Part shown: positions 8,342 to 18,381 of the stretch, one piece after another
Layout of the letters: the number at the start of each line of letters is the position of its first letter
How positions within the stretch are numbered: position 1 is the first letter of the stretch
NCBI GenBank assembly: GCA_039683275.1
Contig: JBDKRP010000130.1
Coordinates: 839-64,838, forward strand
Direction: 5' to 3'
Source: Methanoregulaceae archaeon
GTDB lineage: Archaea > Halobacteriota > Methanomicrobia > Methanomicrobiales > Methanospirillaceae
Length of the DNA stretch: 64,000 bases
The notes under the pieces: generated by a model
Seen by the model: only the letters and a program-made list of their open reading frames with translations
The model's database searches: none
Told to the model about the DNA's origin: nothing
Made by a program: the position numbers and the translations under genes

Positions 8342-9993
8342 TTCAGTACCTTTCGGAGATCGCTAATATTTTCAAGGACCTGCCGGGCATCGATATGATA
8401 GGCCTGGAAGATCCGTGACACCGAAATATAATCCCGGATCTCCTGCTCGTGCATGGCGCGTAATACATCCCGCCTGGCATGGATCTCCGCATCAAGCTGG
8501 TCGCGGCCCCACCCGCGCCGGGCTGCGATATCGGAATATACCTGGGATCGCCCGGTAAAACTGAAAACATCCTTCACCGGATCGTATTCAAATACGTTAT
8601 TGACCCGCAGATTGCCGGAGTTCGGGTCGATACCCGCGATCTCCACGATCTCCTGTGCCCTGCGGACCCGCTCCCGCCCTTTATAGATGAGTGCCTGGAC
8701 ACTGACAATATTGAGCGCCTGGACCATATTTCGCGGGACACTCAGGGGCTCGCTCTCCAGACGGTGGATCGCCGCATCCACACTTCCCGCGTGCATTGTC
8801 GAGAATGTCGTGTGACCCGTATTCATTGCCTGGAAAAGCGTCTGGGCTTCATGTCCCCGGACTTCACCAACCAGGATATATTCGGGGCGCTGTCGCATCG
8901 CAGCCCTGAGAAGATCGAACATGTCGATGGCATTACCGCCTTCAGTCAGCGCTTCCCGGGTTACACTCGCTATCCAGTTTTCATGGTACAGGGTAATTTC
9001 CCGGGTATCTTCGATAGAAACGACTTTTGCCATAGGGGGGATGAAGAGAGAAACCGCGTTGAGGGAACTCGTCTTCCCGGATGCCGTCCCCCCAATGAAA
9101 ATGAGACTTTTGTTATTCTCAATGGCCATCCAGAAGTAGACCAGCATCTCATCACTGAAGGTGCTGTACTCCATCAGCTCCACCGGGGAGAATGGATCTT
9201 CACGGAATTTGCGGATGGTAAACGAGGTCCCCCGGGTTGTAACTTCCGCCCCGAATGTCAGCTGCAGGCGGGAACCTTCCGGGAGGGTGGCATCGATCAT
9301 CGGAGTTCCGGCAGAAATGTGTTTTCCTGACCGCTGGGCAAGCGTTATCGCGAGGGAATTCAGTTCCTCCTCTTCAAACTGGATATTGGTCTTGATATTC
9401 CGGTATTTCCGGTGATAGAGAAAGAGCATTACCCCGTTCCCGTCGCATGAGATATCCTCGAGATTCTGGTCTTTCATCAGGGCGTCGATCCTCGACCAGC
9501 CGATATAGTTGCGGACCAGGTAATACTGGAGCCGGAAGAGGCTTATATCAGCCAGATTGAGACCATAATCCTTGAGGAGTTCGTTCATTTTATCCATGAG
9601 AATCTCAGTCCGGTCCTTTCCCAGCTCTTCATCGGTGAGGATCAGAACATCCCGCAGGTCTTCATGGAGCCGCTCGAGGAGTTCGTATTCAAACTCCGAG
9701 ACATGCGGTTCAAATAAAAGGTATTCGTTCTGGCCGGTTTTTTCGTTAAGGGCTATATAAACAAGAGAACGCCCTTCTTCAATCCAGTACTGGTCGACGG
9801 TTTGGTATCCCGCAGGTACTTCAGGTTCCACAAGGGATCCGTGGACCGCAGGATCATACTGTACTATCGTCCGTTTCTCCCGGGTAATCCCCAGAAGGCC
9901 GTGAGTTTTACTGACATAACCCTTTACAGCCCCGGCAGAGCCCTCCTCCACCGGAGTTTCCTCTTTCGACCCGTGAAACAGGGGGATCTTCAT
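8338..9993 (-). CDS. FlaI/PilB-family type II/IV secretion ATPase
   Basis: ORF trimmed to MKIPLFHGSKEE.... It carries Walker A GGTASGKTSS, an Asp box (VVSIEDTREI) and His box (GHTTFSTMHA), typical of archaeal FlaI-like hexameric ATPases. Confidence 0.85.
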   Translation of the reverse strand: MKIPLFHGSKEETPVEEGSAGAVKGYVSKTHGLLGITREKRTIVQYDPAVHGSLVEPEVPAGYQTVDQYWIEEGRSLVYIALNEKTGQNEYLLFEPHVSEFEYELLERLHEDLRDVLILTDEELGKDRTEILMDKMNELLKDYGLNLADISLFRLQYYLVRNYIGWSRIDALMKDQNLEDISCDGNGVMLFLYHRKYRNIKTNIQFEEEELNSLAITLAQRSGKHISAGTPMIDATLPEGSRLQLTFGAEVTTRGTSFTIRKFREDPFSPVELMEYSTFSDEMLVYFWMAIENNKSLIFIGGTASGKTSSLNAVSLFIPPMAKVVSIEDTREITLYHENWIASVTREALTEGGNAIDMFDLLRAAMRQRPEYILVGEVRGHEAQTLFQAMNTGHTTFSTMHAGSVDAAIHRLESEPLSVPRNMVQALNIVSVQALIYKGRERVRRAQEIVEIAGIDPNSGNLRVNNVFEYDPVKDVFSFTGRSQVYSDIAARRGWGRDQLDAEIHARRDVLRAMHEQEIRDYISVSRIFQAYHIDARQVLENISDLRKVLK

Positions 9994-10241
9994 TACCGGG
10001 AACTCCTCATACTGCGACGCCTGGCTGAGTGTCCATGGGGGATGGCCCCCGGAATGTGGACAAAAATGACCTCTCCGAACACTCCGCCGTGTTCTGGTGA
10101 GAATGTCACCCCCATGCCAGATAAAAGTAACACAGAACCCGGTAGCACTCAGAACCCCGGACAGCGGAAGGGTCAAATAGCATTCCCTCTGATGAGAAGA
10201 TAAGAAACCAGCGTCTCCCGCTGATTTTCGGATACGATACC

Positions 10242-11072
10242 ATGCCCGATACAGCAATGTTGCGGATGCCGACCGGCATCACTTCACTTGATCCGGTATT
10301 CGATGGAGGTGTGCCCCCCGGTTCAATGGTACTCCTTCTCGGGGACGCGGGTGCAGGCTCCTATGAATTCGTGTACAGTTCTCTCGCAAACATCCTGAAA
10401 CAGAAAAATGAGGGCGCCAACGCACCATCGATTGTGTTCCCTGAAGAGATCAATTATGTCACGTTTACCCGCCTGAAGGATGATGTCAGGAACGAGATCG
10501 CCCTGTCATTCAACCCGGATTTTGTCGGGACCATCTCGTCACAGGTACAATTCTCCGACCTTTCGGAATCATACTTTGACTCGAGTGTCGTTCCCCACAA
10601 CTGGTACAGCAGCACCGATATCGTCACCCGGCTCCAGCAGAGATCCGGGCACGAACACCTCCTGGCCCACCTTTCAAGAATTCTCGATACTGCAAAACCG
10701 GGAAGTCTTTTTGTCTTTGACTCGATCACCGATATCGCGACCCGGTGTTCCGCAGCCGACCACTGGCAGACGATGGCCGGGTTCCTCCGGGGACTCCAGC
10801 GGGCATCGAAACGGTGGGGTTCAACAAGTTATCTTCTCCTGACCCGGGGCATTCTCGATACCGCCAAGGAAAATGAACTCTCGGACATCGCAGATGCAGT
10901 CATAAACTTCCGGTGGGAGGAGACAAAAGGGGAACGAAGGCAACGGGTGATGTATTTTGACAAGTTCCGGGGAGTGATGACGCACTTTGAAGAGAAGGAC
11001 ATTGTTCGGTTCAAGATCCGGATCTCGCCGGACCGCGGATTTGATGTGGAGAGCATACGGGTGGTCATATGA
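10242..11072 (+). CDS. KaiC/FlaH-like RecA-superfamily protein with degenerate Walker A (probable pseudo-ATPase)
   Basis: 276 aa. The P-loop position reads LLLGDAGAGSYEF, with no Lys-Ser/Thr. A KaiC-type core (SLFVFDSITDI) is present. The stop overlaps the next start (ATGA at 11069-11072). An alternative start lies at 10257. Confidence 0.75.
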   Translation: MPDTAMLRMPTGITSLDPVFDGGVPPGSMVLLLGDAGAGSYEFVYSSLANILKQKNEGANAPSIVFPEEINYVTFTRLKDDVRNEIALSFNPDFVGTISSQVQFSDLSESYFDSSVVPHNWYSSTDIVTRLQQRSGHEHLLAHLSRILDTAKPGSLFVFDSITDIATRCSAADHWQTMAGFLRGLQRASKRWGSTSYLLLTRGILDTAKENELSDIADAVINFRWEETKGERRQRVMYFDKFRGVMTHFEEKDIVRFKIRISPDRGFDVESIRVVI

Positions 11073-11767
11073 GCGAAGAACGCGTCAAAATGGGAATTGA
11101 GGGACTGGATGATATGATGGGCGGGGGGCTGATACCCGGCAGCATCTGCGCCATTATCGGAACATACGGTACCGGGAAAACCACCTTCTCCCTCCAGTTC
11201 ATATGGGACGGGCTGAAAAACGGTGAGAACGTCATCTACATCAGCCTTGAGGAACGGGAGGAGCGTATTCTCCGGTACATTGCCCAGAAAGGATGGGATG
11301 TGAAGCCGTTCCTGGGAAAATCCCTCTTCATTTTCAAGCTGGATCCGACCGATTTCAATATCGCCAATAACCGTATCAAGAACGAACTCCCGCAGATGAT
11401 CAAAGAGGTGAACGCCTCCCGGGTCGTTATTGATCCCATCTCCCTTTTTGAGGATCTATTTGAGACAAACGCCTTGCGAAGACGCGAGATGTTCCGGTTC
11501 TTTGAGGGATTCCGTGACCAGAACTGTACGATGGTAATTACGAGCGAAACCGATCATGAAAACCCGTTCCTGAGCCGGCACAACCTGATCGAGTACCTCT
11601 CAGATACGGTGATTGTGCTCCGGTATGTCAGGCCTTCCGATTTGACGGATGTCCACCTGGCACTCGAAGTCGTGAAGATGCGGCTTTCGCAGCATTCCCG
11701 TGAGATCAAGCCCTATGAGATCCAGCCGGATCAGATTCTGGTATATTCAGAAGCAAATGTGTTCTGA
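11069..11767 (+). CDS. KaiC/FlaH-like RecA-superfamily ATPase (intact Walker A/B)
   Basis: 232 aa. Walker A is GTYGTGKTTF and Walker B is SRVVIDPIS. This is the single-domain KaiC (COG0467-type) architecture. Confidence 0.8.
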   Translation: MSEERVKMGIEGLDDMMGGGLIPGSICAIIGTYGTGKTTFSLQFIWDGLKNGENVIYISLEEREERILRYIAQKGWDVKPFLGKSLFIFKLDPTDFNIANNRIKNELPQMIKEVNASRVVIDPISLFEDLFETNALRRREMFRFFEGFRDQNCTMVITSETDHENPFLSRHNLIEYLSDTVIVLRYVRPSDLTDVHLALEVVKMRLSQHSREIKPYEIQPDQILVYSEANVF

Positions 11768-11854
11768 GGAAGAGTCAGAACACCGGAAATTCATTTTTCC
11801 ATTGTTTCCAAAACTTCCATAACGGCTGATACACTCAGGATTTCAGGACCAGAC

Positions 11855-12115
11855 CTAAACGGTGATGCCGACGAGGTTGAGAAGTATCAGGGCGACAACG
11901 CCGGGTAGTCCCCCAAGACCGCAGATAAGGATAGTTGCGGTGCTGTACCCGAGATCCGACTTCCCGATCCAGCTCATAACCCCGAGATAGTTTATGAAAA
12001 AAAGGAGCGCAAGGCCCAAAACCGCATTGATGACCAGGATCATGAATTTCTTTGCCAGGAAATAGATCAACCCGGCGATAATTACAACAAATATGAGGGC
12101 GTAAATGGCGTCCAT
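11855..12115 (-). CDS. BofA-family small membrane protein
   Basis: ORF trimmed to MDAIYALIFVVIIAGLIYFLAKKFMILVINAVLGLALLFFINYLGV...LICGLGGLPGVVALILLNL (86 aa). The IN-x-V-x-G...LF-x-x-N...G-x-x-G-x-PGV pattern matches the pro-sigmaK processing inhibitor BofA family. It starts 5 nt after the PmbA stop. Confidence 0.6.
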   Translation of the reverse strand: MDAIYALIFVVIIAGLIYFLAKKFMILVINAVLGLALLFFINYLGVMSWIGKSDLGYSTATILICGLGGLPGVVALILLNLVGITV

Positions 12116-12120
12116 GCTTT

Positions 12121-13425
12121 CTATGTACCAATGATATGCTGGGAATTTAATCGTATTGCGGGAAGCCGCATCGAGCCAAGCACCCGGGTCTCTTTCCCGA
12201 GACCCCCAATCTCTTTGAGGAGAGAGAATGCATTTCCGGCAAGCATCGCTTTCCTGACCGGTTCGCCATAGGTACCATCCTCCACCCACATCGGGTTCGT
12301 AAGTTCAACGGAGAAATCCCCGCTCATCGGGTTCGCGGTATGCGCTCCGATCAGGTTCTCAACGTAGAGTGCCCGCTCATCGCAGACAGCGGTCCGGGGG
12401 CCATCGACAACAAGGTTATGGGATCCGATTGAAGTTGCACCGCCCGCTCCGCCCCGCACTGCACTTCCCGTGCTCTCTTTCCCGTACCGGTATGCAGTCT
12501 TAAGATCATAGGCAAAACAACCTACGGTCCCGTTCCTGATGAAGTCAAGCCGCCGTGTCGGGACGCCTTCCGCATCCCAGTAACTGCTGCCCAGAGCATG
12601 GGGAATATGGGGGTCATCGAATAGCGAGAACGCCGGATCAAAGATCTGCTGTCCCAGGAACGGGGCAAGATAAGATCTTCCCGCATTCACATTCCGTCCC
12701 GAAAGCGCCGGGATAATAACCTGCCCGAGGATCTGGGCAAAAGCTAAGGGAGAAAGGATGACATCGCAGGTTCGGGTCGGGACGTCGGTTCCTTTGACAG
12801 AGTGGGTTGCGAGGAATGCGGCCCGTTTCCCGACAGCACCCGGATCGACATCCATGCCGCAGGACGAATCGAATTCGAATCCTGTTGACTGGCCGCAGAT
12901 CACTTCTGCCGATACCGAGACGTCGGTCTTCCGGTCCGAGTACAGAACACCATGGCTGTTCGCGAGAGTTCCCATTGAGCGCGAGAGTGACGCAGATGCC
13001 GTGGTGATCTCGGCCCGGTCATAGGTTTCAACTCCCGCACGAATTCCCCGGAGAAGCTTTTCCACAGTGGCCGGATCGAACACTACCCCTTCATCGAAAC
13101 TCAGGTTTTCCTGAGGGAACTTTACCGGTTCCGGAAGCCCTCGCCACTCCTGCGGGGTGGCAAGATCCCCGCTTGCAAGAGCCGATTCAAGACACTGCTC
13201 CCATCTGGCCGGATCGTTCGTGCTTGAACTCCCGATACGACCATTCCGGAATGTCCGTATGCCAAGACCGAAATCCCGCGTCTCATGGGCATGGCTCACC
13301 TTCCGCTTCCTGAGATCCGCAGAAAGTGAAGACCCCGAGACAACGATGACTTCTACCTCGTCCGCTCTCTTCTCTCCTTCTTTGAGGATTCTCTCAATTA
13401 TCTCCACTGCCACCCACCACCGCAT
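12121..13425 (-). CDS. pmbA: PmbA/TldE-family metalloprotease subunit
   Basis: About 434 aa with TldD/PmbA-family sequence but no HExxxH. It lies immediately downstream of and overlaps tldD. The exact start is uncertain (13425 or a nearby GTG). Confidence 0.85.
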   Translation of the reverse strand: MRWWVAVEIIERILKEGEKRADEVEVIVVSGSSLSADLRKRKVSHAHETRDFGLGIRTFRNGRIGSSSTNDPARWEQCLESALASGDLATPQEWRGLPEPVKFPQENLSFDEGVVFDPATVEKLLRGIRAGVETYDRAEITTASASLSRSMGTLANSHGVLYSDRKTDVSVSAEVICGQSTGFEFDSSCGMDVDPGAVGKRAAFLATHSVKGTDVPTRTCDVILSPLAFAQILGQVIIPALSGRNVNAGRSYLAPFLGQQIFDPAFSLFDDPHIPHALGSSYWDAEGVPTRRLDFIRNGTVGCFAYDLKTAYRYGKESTGSAVRGGAGGATSIGSHNLVVDGPRTAVCDERALYVENLIGAHTANPMSGDFSVELTNPMWVEDGTYGEPVRKAMLAGNAFSLLKEIGGLGKETRVLGSMRLPAIRLNSQHIIGT

Positions 13426-14731
13426 CCTGCAGAAGAACGTGCGGGGCACCGTCGCTCACCGGGACGCTCTGCCCTGATTTCCCGCAATACCCCGGATGCA
13501 TCTTCCGGTCATTCCCGACAAGACTAATCCCATGAAGTGTTGAGAGGATCTCACCCGAAAGGGAGACATCACGTACCATCGGACCGAGCTCCCCGTTTTC
13601 CACCAGGTAGCCGTACTCCGCATTAAACTGGAAGACGCCTCTCCCGGGGTCAACCTCACCGCCCCGTGACCCTATCAGGAGAATCCCGTTCCCGCACGCT
13701 TCGAGAATTTCCCCATATTGTGCATCCCCGTTTTCGATAAACGTGTTACTCATCCGTACAATGGGCCGTTCACCGGGCATTGCCCGGGCATGGCCTCCGG
13801 TGCCGTTCCCGACCGCAGCGAGCGTCTCCCTGCTATGGAGGTACGAGGAGAGAACACCTTTCCTGATGATCTCGGTCCTCGTTACCGCCACCCCTTCCGC
13901 ATCGAAGGGTTCGAACCCGAACTCCGGGAGGGAGGGGTCGTCCACGATGGTAAGAAGAGGACTACCGATGGTTTCCCCCACTTTTCCTGCAAGGACCGAT
14001 CCGCCTTCCTGCACGAGATCGCCTTCGCTCGCATGACCGACCGCTTCGTGGGCAAAGACCCCGGCAAGTTCGGGGTCCAGTACCGCACGCATTTTCCCGC
14101 CTTTTGCCGGTCGGGCATCGAGAAGTGCAAGTGCAATATCAGCTGCAGATCTCCCTTTTGACTCTTTTCCCCGGAGGTTCAGGCCCCGGAGGGAGTGTTC
14201 ACGCTCGTATCCCATCTGGATAGTTCCGTTCCGCGACGCAACCGCAAGGACATTGTACCCGGATCGGCAGAGCTCGTAGGTCAGCCCGATTCCTGAGCTG
14301 TCCTCAAACCGGACCTCCTCGGACCGCTCCGTGTAGGTTGCCCGGGTATTCACGATACCCTCTCTTCGGGCAGCCCGCTCAATTGCCGAAAGAAGCCCGG
14401 TCTTCTCTTCCAGGGGAATCGTGCGGGGATCTTCCGTCACGTCGGGAACCGGCAGGATGCGCCGGGTCGCGGGAGCAAGATGCACCGGTTCTTCCGTGAT
14501 CGCAGCAAGCTTCGCTGCGGACTGGATGAATTCCTCGAATTCTTTTCCCGAAGGCCGGGTGAAATTATCGATCTGGACAACTCCCCAGCCTTTCGATCCC
14601 AGGACACGGAGAACCGCCTTATTGAAAAAAGAAGTCCCCGCTGATTCTACAACCCCGTTATCGATATCGATATGGGAGGACTGGCCGGCAACATGCCGGA
14701 CATCCCAGTAGCGGATATCCGTCATGGTCAC
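13394..14731 (-). CDS. tldD: TldD-family zinc metalloprotease
   Basis: 445 aa with the HExxxH motif ([13 protein letters not shown]). Its start overlaps the lonB stop (ATGA at 14728-14731). Confidence 0.9.
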   Translation of the reverse strand: MTMTDIRYWDVRHVAGQSSHIDIDNGVVESAGTSFFNKAVLRVLGSKGWGVVQIDNFTRPSGKEFEEFIQSAAKLAAITEEPVHLAPATRRILPVPDVTEDPRTIPLEEKTGLLSAIERAARREGIVNTRATYTERSEEVRFEDSSGIGLTYELCRSGYNVLAVASRNGTIQMGYEREHSLRGLNLRGKESKGRSAADIALALLDARPAKGGKMRAVLDPELAGVFAHEAVGHASEGDLVQEGGSVLAGKVGETIGSPLLTIVDDPSLPEFGFEPFDAEGVAVTRTEIIRKGVLSSYLHSRETLAAVGNGTGGHARAMPGERPIVRMSNTFIENGDAQYGEILEACGNGILLIGSRGGEVDPGRGVFQFNAEYGYLVENGELGPMVRDVSLSGEILSTLHGISLVGNDRKMHPGYCGKSGQSVPVSDGAPHVLLQDAVVGGSGDN

Positions 14732-16743
14732 CCTGCAGTCGGACCGGGTACGGGGGTCTCAAAGACGGCGGCGGTGGACCGTTCCGCCATCTTCTTCAGT
14801 TTTGTCAGGAATCCCTCGGAGTTCTCGGGTACAAGCGCTATCCGGAGCACTTCTTCAATGGTATCGACCGCAACGATCTCAACCATACTCTTGTACCTCT
14901 CCTCGATCATGACATCGTCTGCATTGGTCCGGGGTATGAGAACCTTCTTGATTCCCGATTTCGCTGCAGCTTCGATCTTGAACGTGACCCCGCCGACAGG
15001 GAGGACATCGCCCCGGACCGAAAGCGAACCGGTCATCGCGATATCCTGACGGACCGGAATTCCTTCAATTGCGCTGATGACGGCAGTCGCAACGCTGATG
15101 GATGCGGAGTCCCCTTCGACACCGCCATAAGTCCCGATAAACTGGATGTGGATATCGATATTCCGGATGTCCTTTCCAGTGAATTTCTTGATGATTGCCG
15201 AGACATTCTTGATGGATTCCTGGGCTATCTCCCGGAGCATCCCGGTCGCAATCACCGAACCGCTTGCCCCCTGGGCAGGGGTTACTTCTGCCATGATAGG
15301 GAGGACAGACCCGGAGTCTGATCCCATCACGGCAAGACCGTTGACCCTGCCTACCCGGGTGCCTTCGATGACCGTCAGTTCGTACTCGCGGCTTCTCCCG
15401 ATGTAATCATCGGATATCTGGTCCTCGATAGACCGGGCGGTCTTCTTTGCTGCAATCACATGGGCGGCGGTCGTGATCGGGGCGCCTTCCTGGCGGGCAA
15501 GGTCACCTGCTACACGGATAAGGCCTCCCATATCCCGGAGCTTAAGGGTCAGGTGCCCTTTCCGGTTCGACCTGCGCCGGGATTCGCGGATAATCTCCTC
15601 GATTGCACTCCGGTCGAAATGGGGAATCTTGCCATCCTTCTTCACTTCCTGGGCAATGAACCGGACGTACTTCTCCCGGTTCTCGGGAGTATCCTCCATG
15701 CTCTCGGTCATGTAGACTTCGTACCCGTAGCCCCGGAGACGGGACCGCAGGGCGGGATGCATACCCTGGATGGCATCCACGTTCCCTGCCGCAATCATCA
15801 CGAACCTGCACGGGACCGGCTCGGTCCTGACCATGGCACCGCTCGACCGCTCGCTCTGCCCGGTGATCGGGAACTCTCCCTCCTGGAGGGCAGTAAGGAG
15901 GTTCTGCTGCGAGTGGGGAGTCAGCGTATTGATTTCATCGATGAAGAGAACCCCGGTATGTGCCCGGTGGATTGCTCCCGCCTCGACCCGGTCGTGGGAC
16001 GGGGTCTCGAGGCCTCCGCTCTGGAACGGGTCGTGCCTGACATCTCCCAGAAGGGCCCCGGCATGGGAACCGGTACCGTCGATAAACGGTGCCGTCGTGG
16101 TCTGGTCGTTTGAAACAAGGAGCTTTGGCACCATCGATTCCTCACGGGGTGTCGTGTACCGGAGCGCCATGAAGATAAACGCGGCCGCGATAATCCCCAT
16201 CAGCCACTGGTAGGTGATGAACGAGTACCCGATGATCCCGATGATCAGGAGCATGATGAGGGTATTCCTGAACTGGATCTTCTTCTTGGCTTCCGCCTTA
16301 TGGGCAGCGACGATCTGTTTCCCCCTCCCAGCCGGAACGGTCCGCACAATCGGATTATTGGGATCATCGGAGTTGGGGTATACCAGGATGTCCTGGAGTT
16401 CCTCCTTTGGCAGGAGCTCGGCCATTGCTTTCGCAAGCATCGATTTCCCGGTACCGGGACTCCCGATCATCATCACATGTCTTCGCTGGATTGCGGCCTT
16501 CTTGATAACTTCGACCGCATGTTCCTGGCCGATGACCTGATCGATAAGCTTGGCCGGCACTTCAATAGCAGATGACGTATCGGCCGCAACATCCGCAGGT
16601 GCCGATTCTTCACCTGCGGGATTTTCTGTCTGCTGCACCGTAGCTGGATTCTCTGGCGGGGTTCCTGACAGTTCTCCGCCCGGATTAACCGGCGTACTTA
16701 CCGGTTCCTCCACGGCACTATTCTCGTGAGTTTTCTGTTCCAT
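14728..16743 (-). CDS. lonB: Archaeal membrane-bound Lon protease (LonB)
   Basis: ORF trimmed to MEQKTHEN.... It has Walker A GSPGTGKS, two TM helices inserted in the AAA+ module ([33 protein letters not shown]) and a C-terminal Lon proteolytic domain. Confidence 0.9.
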   Translation of the reverse strand: MEQKTHENSAVEEPVSTPVNPGGELSGTPPENPATVQQTENPAGEESAPADVAADTSSAIEVPAKLIDQVIGQEHAVEVIKKAAIQRRHVMMIGSPGTGKSMLAKAMAELLPKEELQDILVYPNSDDPNNPIVRTVPAGRGKQIVAAHKAEAKKKIQFRNTLIMLLIIGIIGYSFITYQWLMGIIAAAFIFMALRYTTPREESMVPKLLVSNDQTTTAPFIDGTGSHAGALLGDVRHDPFQSGGLETPSHDRVEAGAIHRAHTGVLFIDEINTLTPHSQQNLLTALQEGEFPITGQSERSSGAMVRTEPVPCRFVMIAAGNVDAIQGMHPALRSRLRGYGYEVYMTESMEDTPENREKYVRFIAQEVKKDGKIPHFDRSAIEEIIRESRRRSNRKGHLTLKLRDMGGLIRVAGDLARQEGAPITTAAHVIAAKKTARSIEDQISDDYIGRSREYELTVIEGTRVGRVNGLAVMGSDSGSVLPIMAEVTPAQGASGSVIATGMLREIAQESIKNVSAIIKKFTGKDIRNIDIHIQFIGTYGGVEGDSASISVATAVISAIEGIPVRQDIAMTGSLSVRGDVLPVGGVTFKIEAAAKSGIKKVLIPRTNADDVMIEERYKSMVEIVAVDTIEEVLRIALVPENSEGFLTKLKKMAERSTAAVFETPVPGPTAG

Positions 16744-17014
16744 CTCGGGTTGCCCTCGAAGCATACAAGCGATTTTCCGATACACAGGACACAAAAAAGA
16801 GCGCCCGTTTATCGGATTGCGTTGCACTGTTTATTTCTTCCATAATGGTTTAAGTAGTTTCAGCTCAGGTTACCTTCGGTAAATTGCATTCCGGGCCAGG
16901 AAATAAACCCCGTGCTCCGGGATGTCCTGCGGGAACCTTGTACGACAGCAAAACAGGATCCTGAATCAAAAACCCTAAACCTTGAATAGCCACCGGCACC
17001 AAGTGGATGGTGCG

Positions 17015-17860
17015 ATGAAAGTAATCAGCACCGAAAGCTCCCAGGTCCTCGCCGCACGGGTCGCAGGGTTCCTTGGTGTTCCACTCGTCGAGGTAAAATT
17101 TTCCCGGTTTCCGGATGGCGAACACTATCTCAAAACAGGTGCCCTTGACGATAATACCCTGATCATCGGCAGTGTTCCGGATAACGATGCACTGGTCCAG
17201 CTCCTGCTCCTCATCGATGCCTGCGATACGTCCCGGGTCAGGCTCGTTATTCCCTATATGGCTTACGCGAGGCAGGATAAGCGGTTCAACCCGGGTGAGC
17301 CCGTCAGTGCGAGAGCCATATCCCGCGCGCTAGGTGCCGGAGTCAGCGAGGTGTTCACGGTCAATATCCACGAACCTGCAATTCTTGGGAATTTTGGCGT
17401 ACCGGTCCGGAATCTCAGCCTTGCACCGGATATCGGGGCTTATATCGCGGGAAAAGATCTGGATAACCCCCTGATTCTTGCACCCGATGAAGGCGCGGCA
17501 TTGTTTGCCGAAGGGGTTGCTGCCGGAGGAGGATTTGATTGCGACCACCTGGAAAAAACCCGTCTTTCCGGGGAATCTGTCCGTATGGCACCGAAACGGC
17601 TTGACGCCGGTTCCCGGACTGTCGTCATAGTGGACGATATCATCTCGACGGGGGGCACAATCGCAACCGCAACCCAGATGCTGTACGATCAGGGAGCAAC
17701 AGAGGTGTATACGGCCTGCGTTCACGGAGTTTTTACCGGAGGCGCCTATATACGGCTGATAGCAGCCGGGATCCGGGAAATTTCCTGCAGCGACACGCTT
17801 GAACGGGTATGCAGCAGGTACTCTGCGGCGGAACGCATTTCCGCTGCCGTGAAACGGTAA
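17015..17860 (+). CDS. prs: Ribose-phosphate pyrophosphokinase
   Basis: ORF trimmed to MKVISTESSQVLAARVA.... It has the PRPP-binding loop VVIVDDIISTGGTI. Confidence 0.9.
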   Translation: MKVISTESSQVLAARVAGFLGVPLVEVKFSRFPDGEHYLKTGALDDNTLIIGSVPDNDALVQLLLLIDACDTSRVRLVIPYMAYARQDKRFNPGEPVSARAISRALGAGVSEVFTVNIHEPAILGNFGVPVRNLSLAPDIGAYIAGKDLDNPLILAPDEGAALFAEGVAAGGGFDCDHLEKTRLSGESVRMAPKRLDAGSRTVVIVDDIISTGGTIATATQMLYDQGATEVYTACVHGVFTGGAYIRLIAAGIREISCSDTLERVCSRYSAAERISAAVKR

Positions 17861-17905
17861 CCCGGCAATGCCAGACACACCTCATACAATCTGGAAGGAC
17901 TCTTC

Positions 17906-18361
17906 ATGAAACGGGTCCTCGATTCATCGTTCTTTTTTGCCGATTATCCCTTTGACGGCGAGCTCTTCACAACACCTTCCGTAGTTGGCGAACTTGTCGA
18001 TCTTTCCGCAAAATGCCGTTTTGAAAATCTCCTAGCACAGGGGCTCACCGTGCAAGAGCCGGTACCGGAGGCGCTGGAAAAAGTAGGGCAGGCTTCGAGA
18101 AAAACCGGGGATGGCAGCGTACTATCCGCAACCGACCGCAATCTCCTGGCTCTTGCTCTCGATACCGGGGCAACCCTTCACACGGATGATTTTGCAGTCC
18201 AGAATGTCGCCCACGCTCTCGGGATACCCGTGGCACCACTCCGGCAGCGCAGGGCGGACCCGATCCGGTGGAAATTCCGGTGCACCGGATGCGGGAGATA
18301 TTACCGGGAAACCGGGGAGTGCCCGGTCTGCGGCGCAGTTATTAAAAGAAAACTTAAATAG
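17906..18361 (+). CDS. nob1: Nob1-like endoribonuclease (PIN domain + C-terminal zinc ribbon)
   Basis: 151 aa with an N-terminal PIN-like VLDSSFFF and a C-terminal CTGCGRYY...CPVCG ribbon. This is the typical archaeal Nob1 architecture. Confidence 0.75.
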   Translation: MKRVLDSSFFFADYPFDGELFTTPSVVGELVDLSAKCRFENLLAQGLTVQEPVPEALEKVGQASRKTGDGSVLSATDRNLLALALDTGATLHTDDFAVQNVAHALGIPVAPLRQRRADPIRWKFRCTGCGRYYRETGECPVCGAVIKRKLK

Positions 18362-18381
18362 CTGGCAATAAACCTCTGTTC

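Noticed and set aside
8479-9330. 283-aa plus-strand ORF inside the FlaI-like gene
   Set aside because: It is antisense to an ATPase with intact Walker and His boxes, and has no recognisable motifs of its own.
9994-10257. N-terminal 88-codon extension of the FlaI-like ORF (start at 10257)
   Set aside because: The extension is Arg/Cys/His-rich and unlike FlaI N-termini. It would also overlap the divergent KaiC-like gene start. The internal Met (MKIPLFHGS...) gives a normal-length protein.
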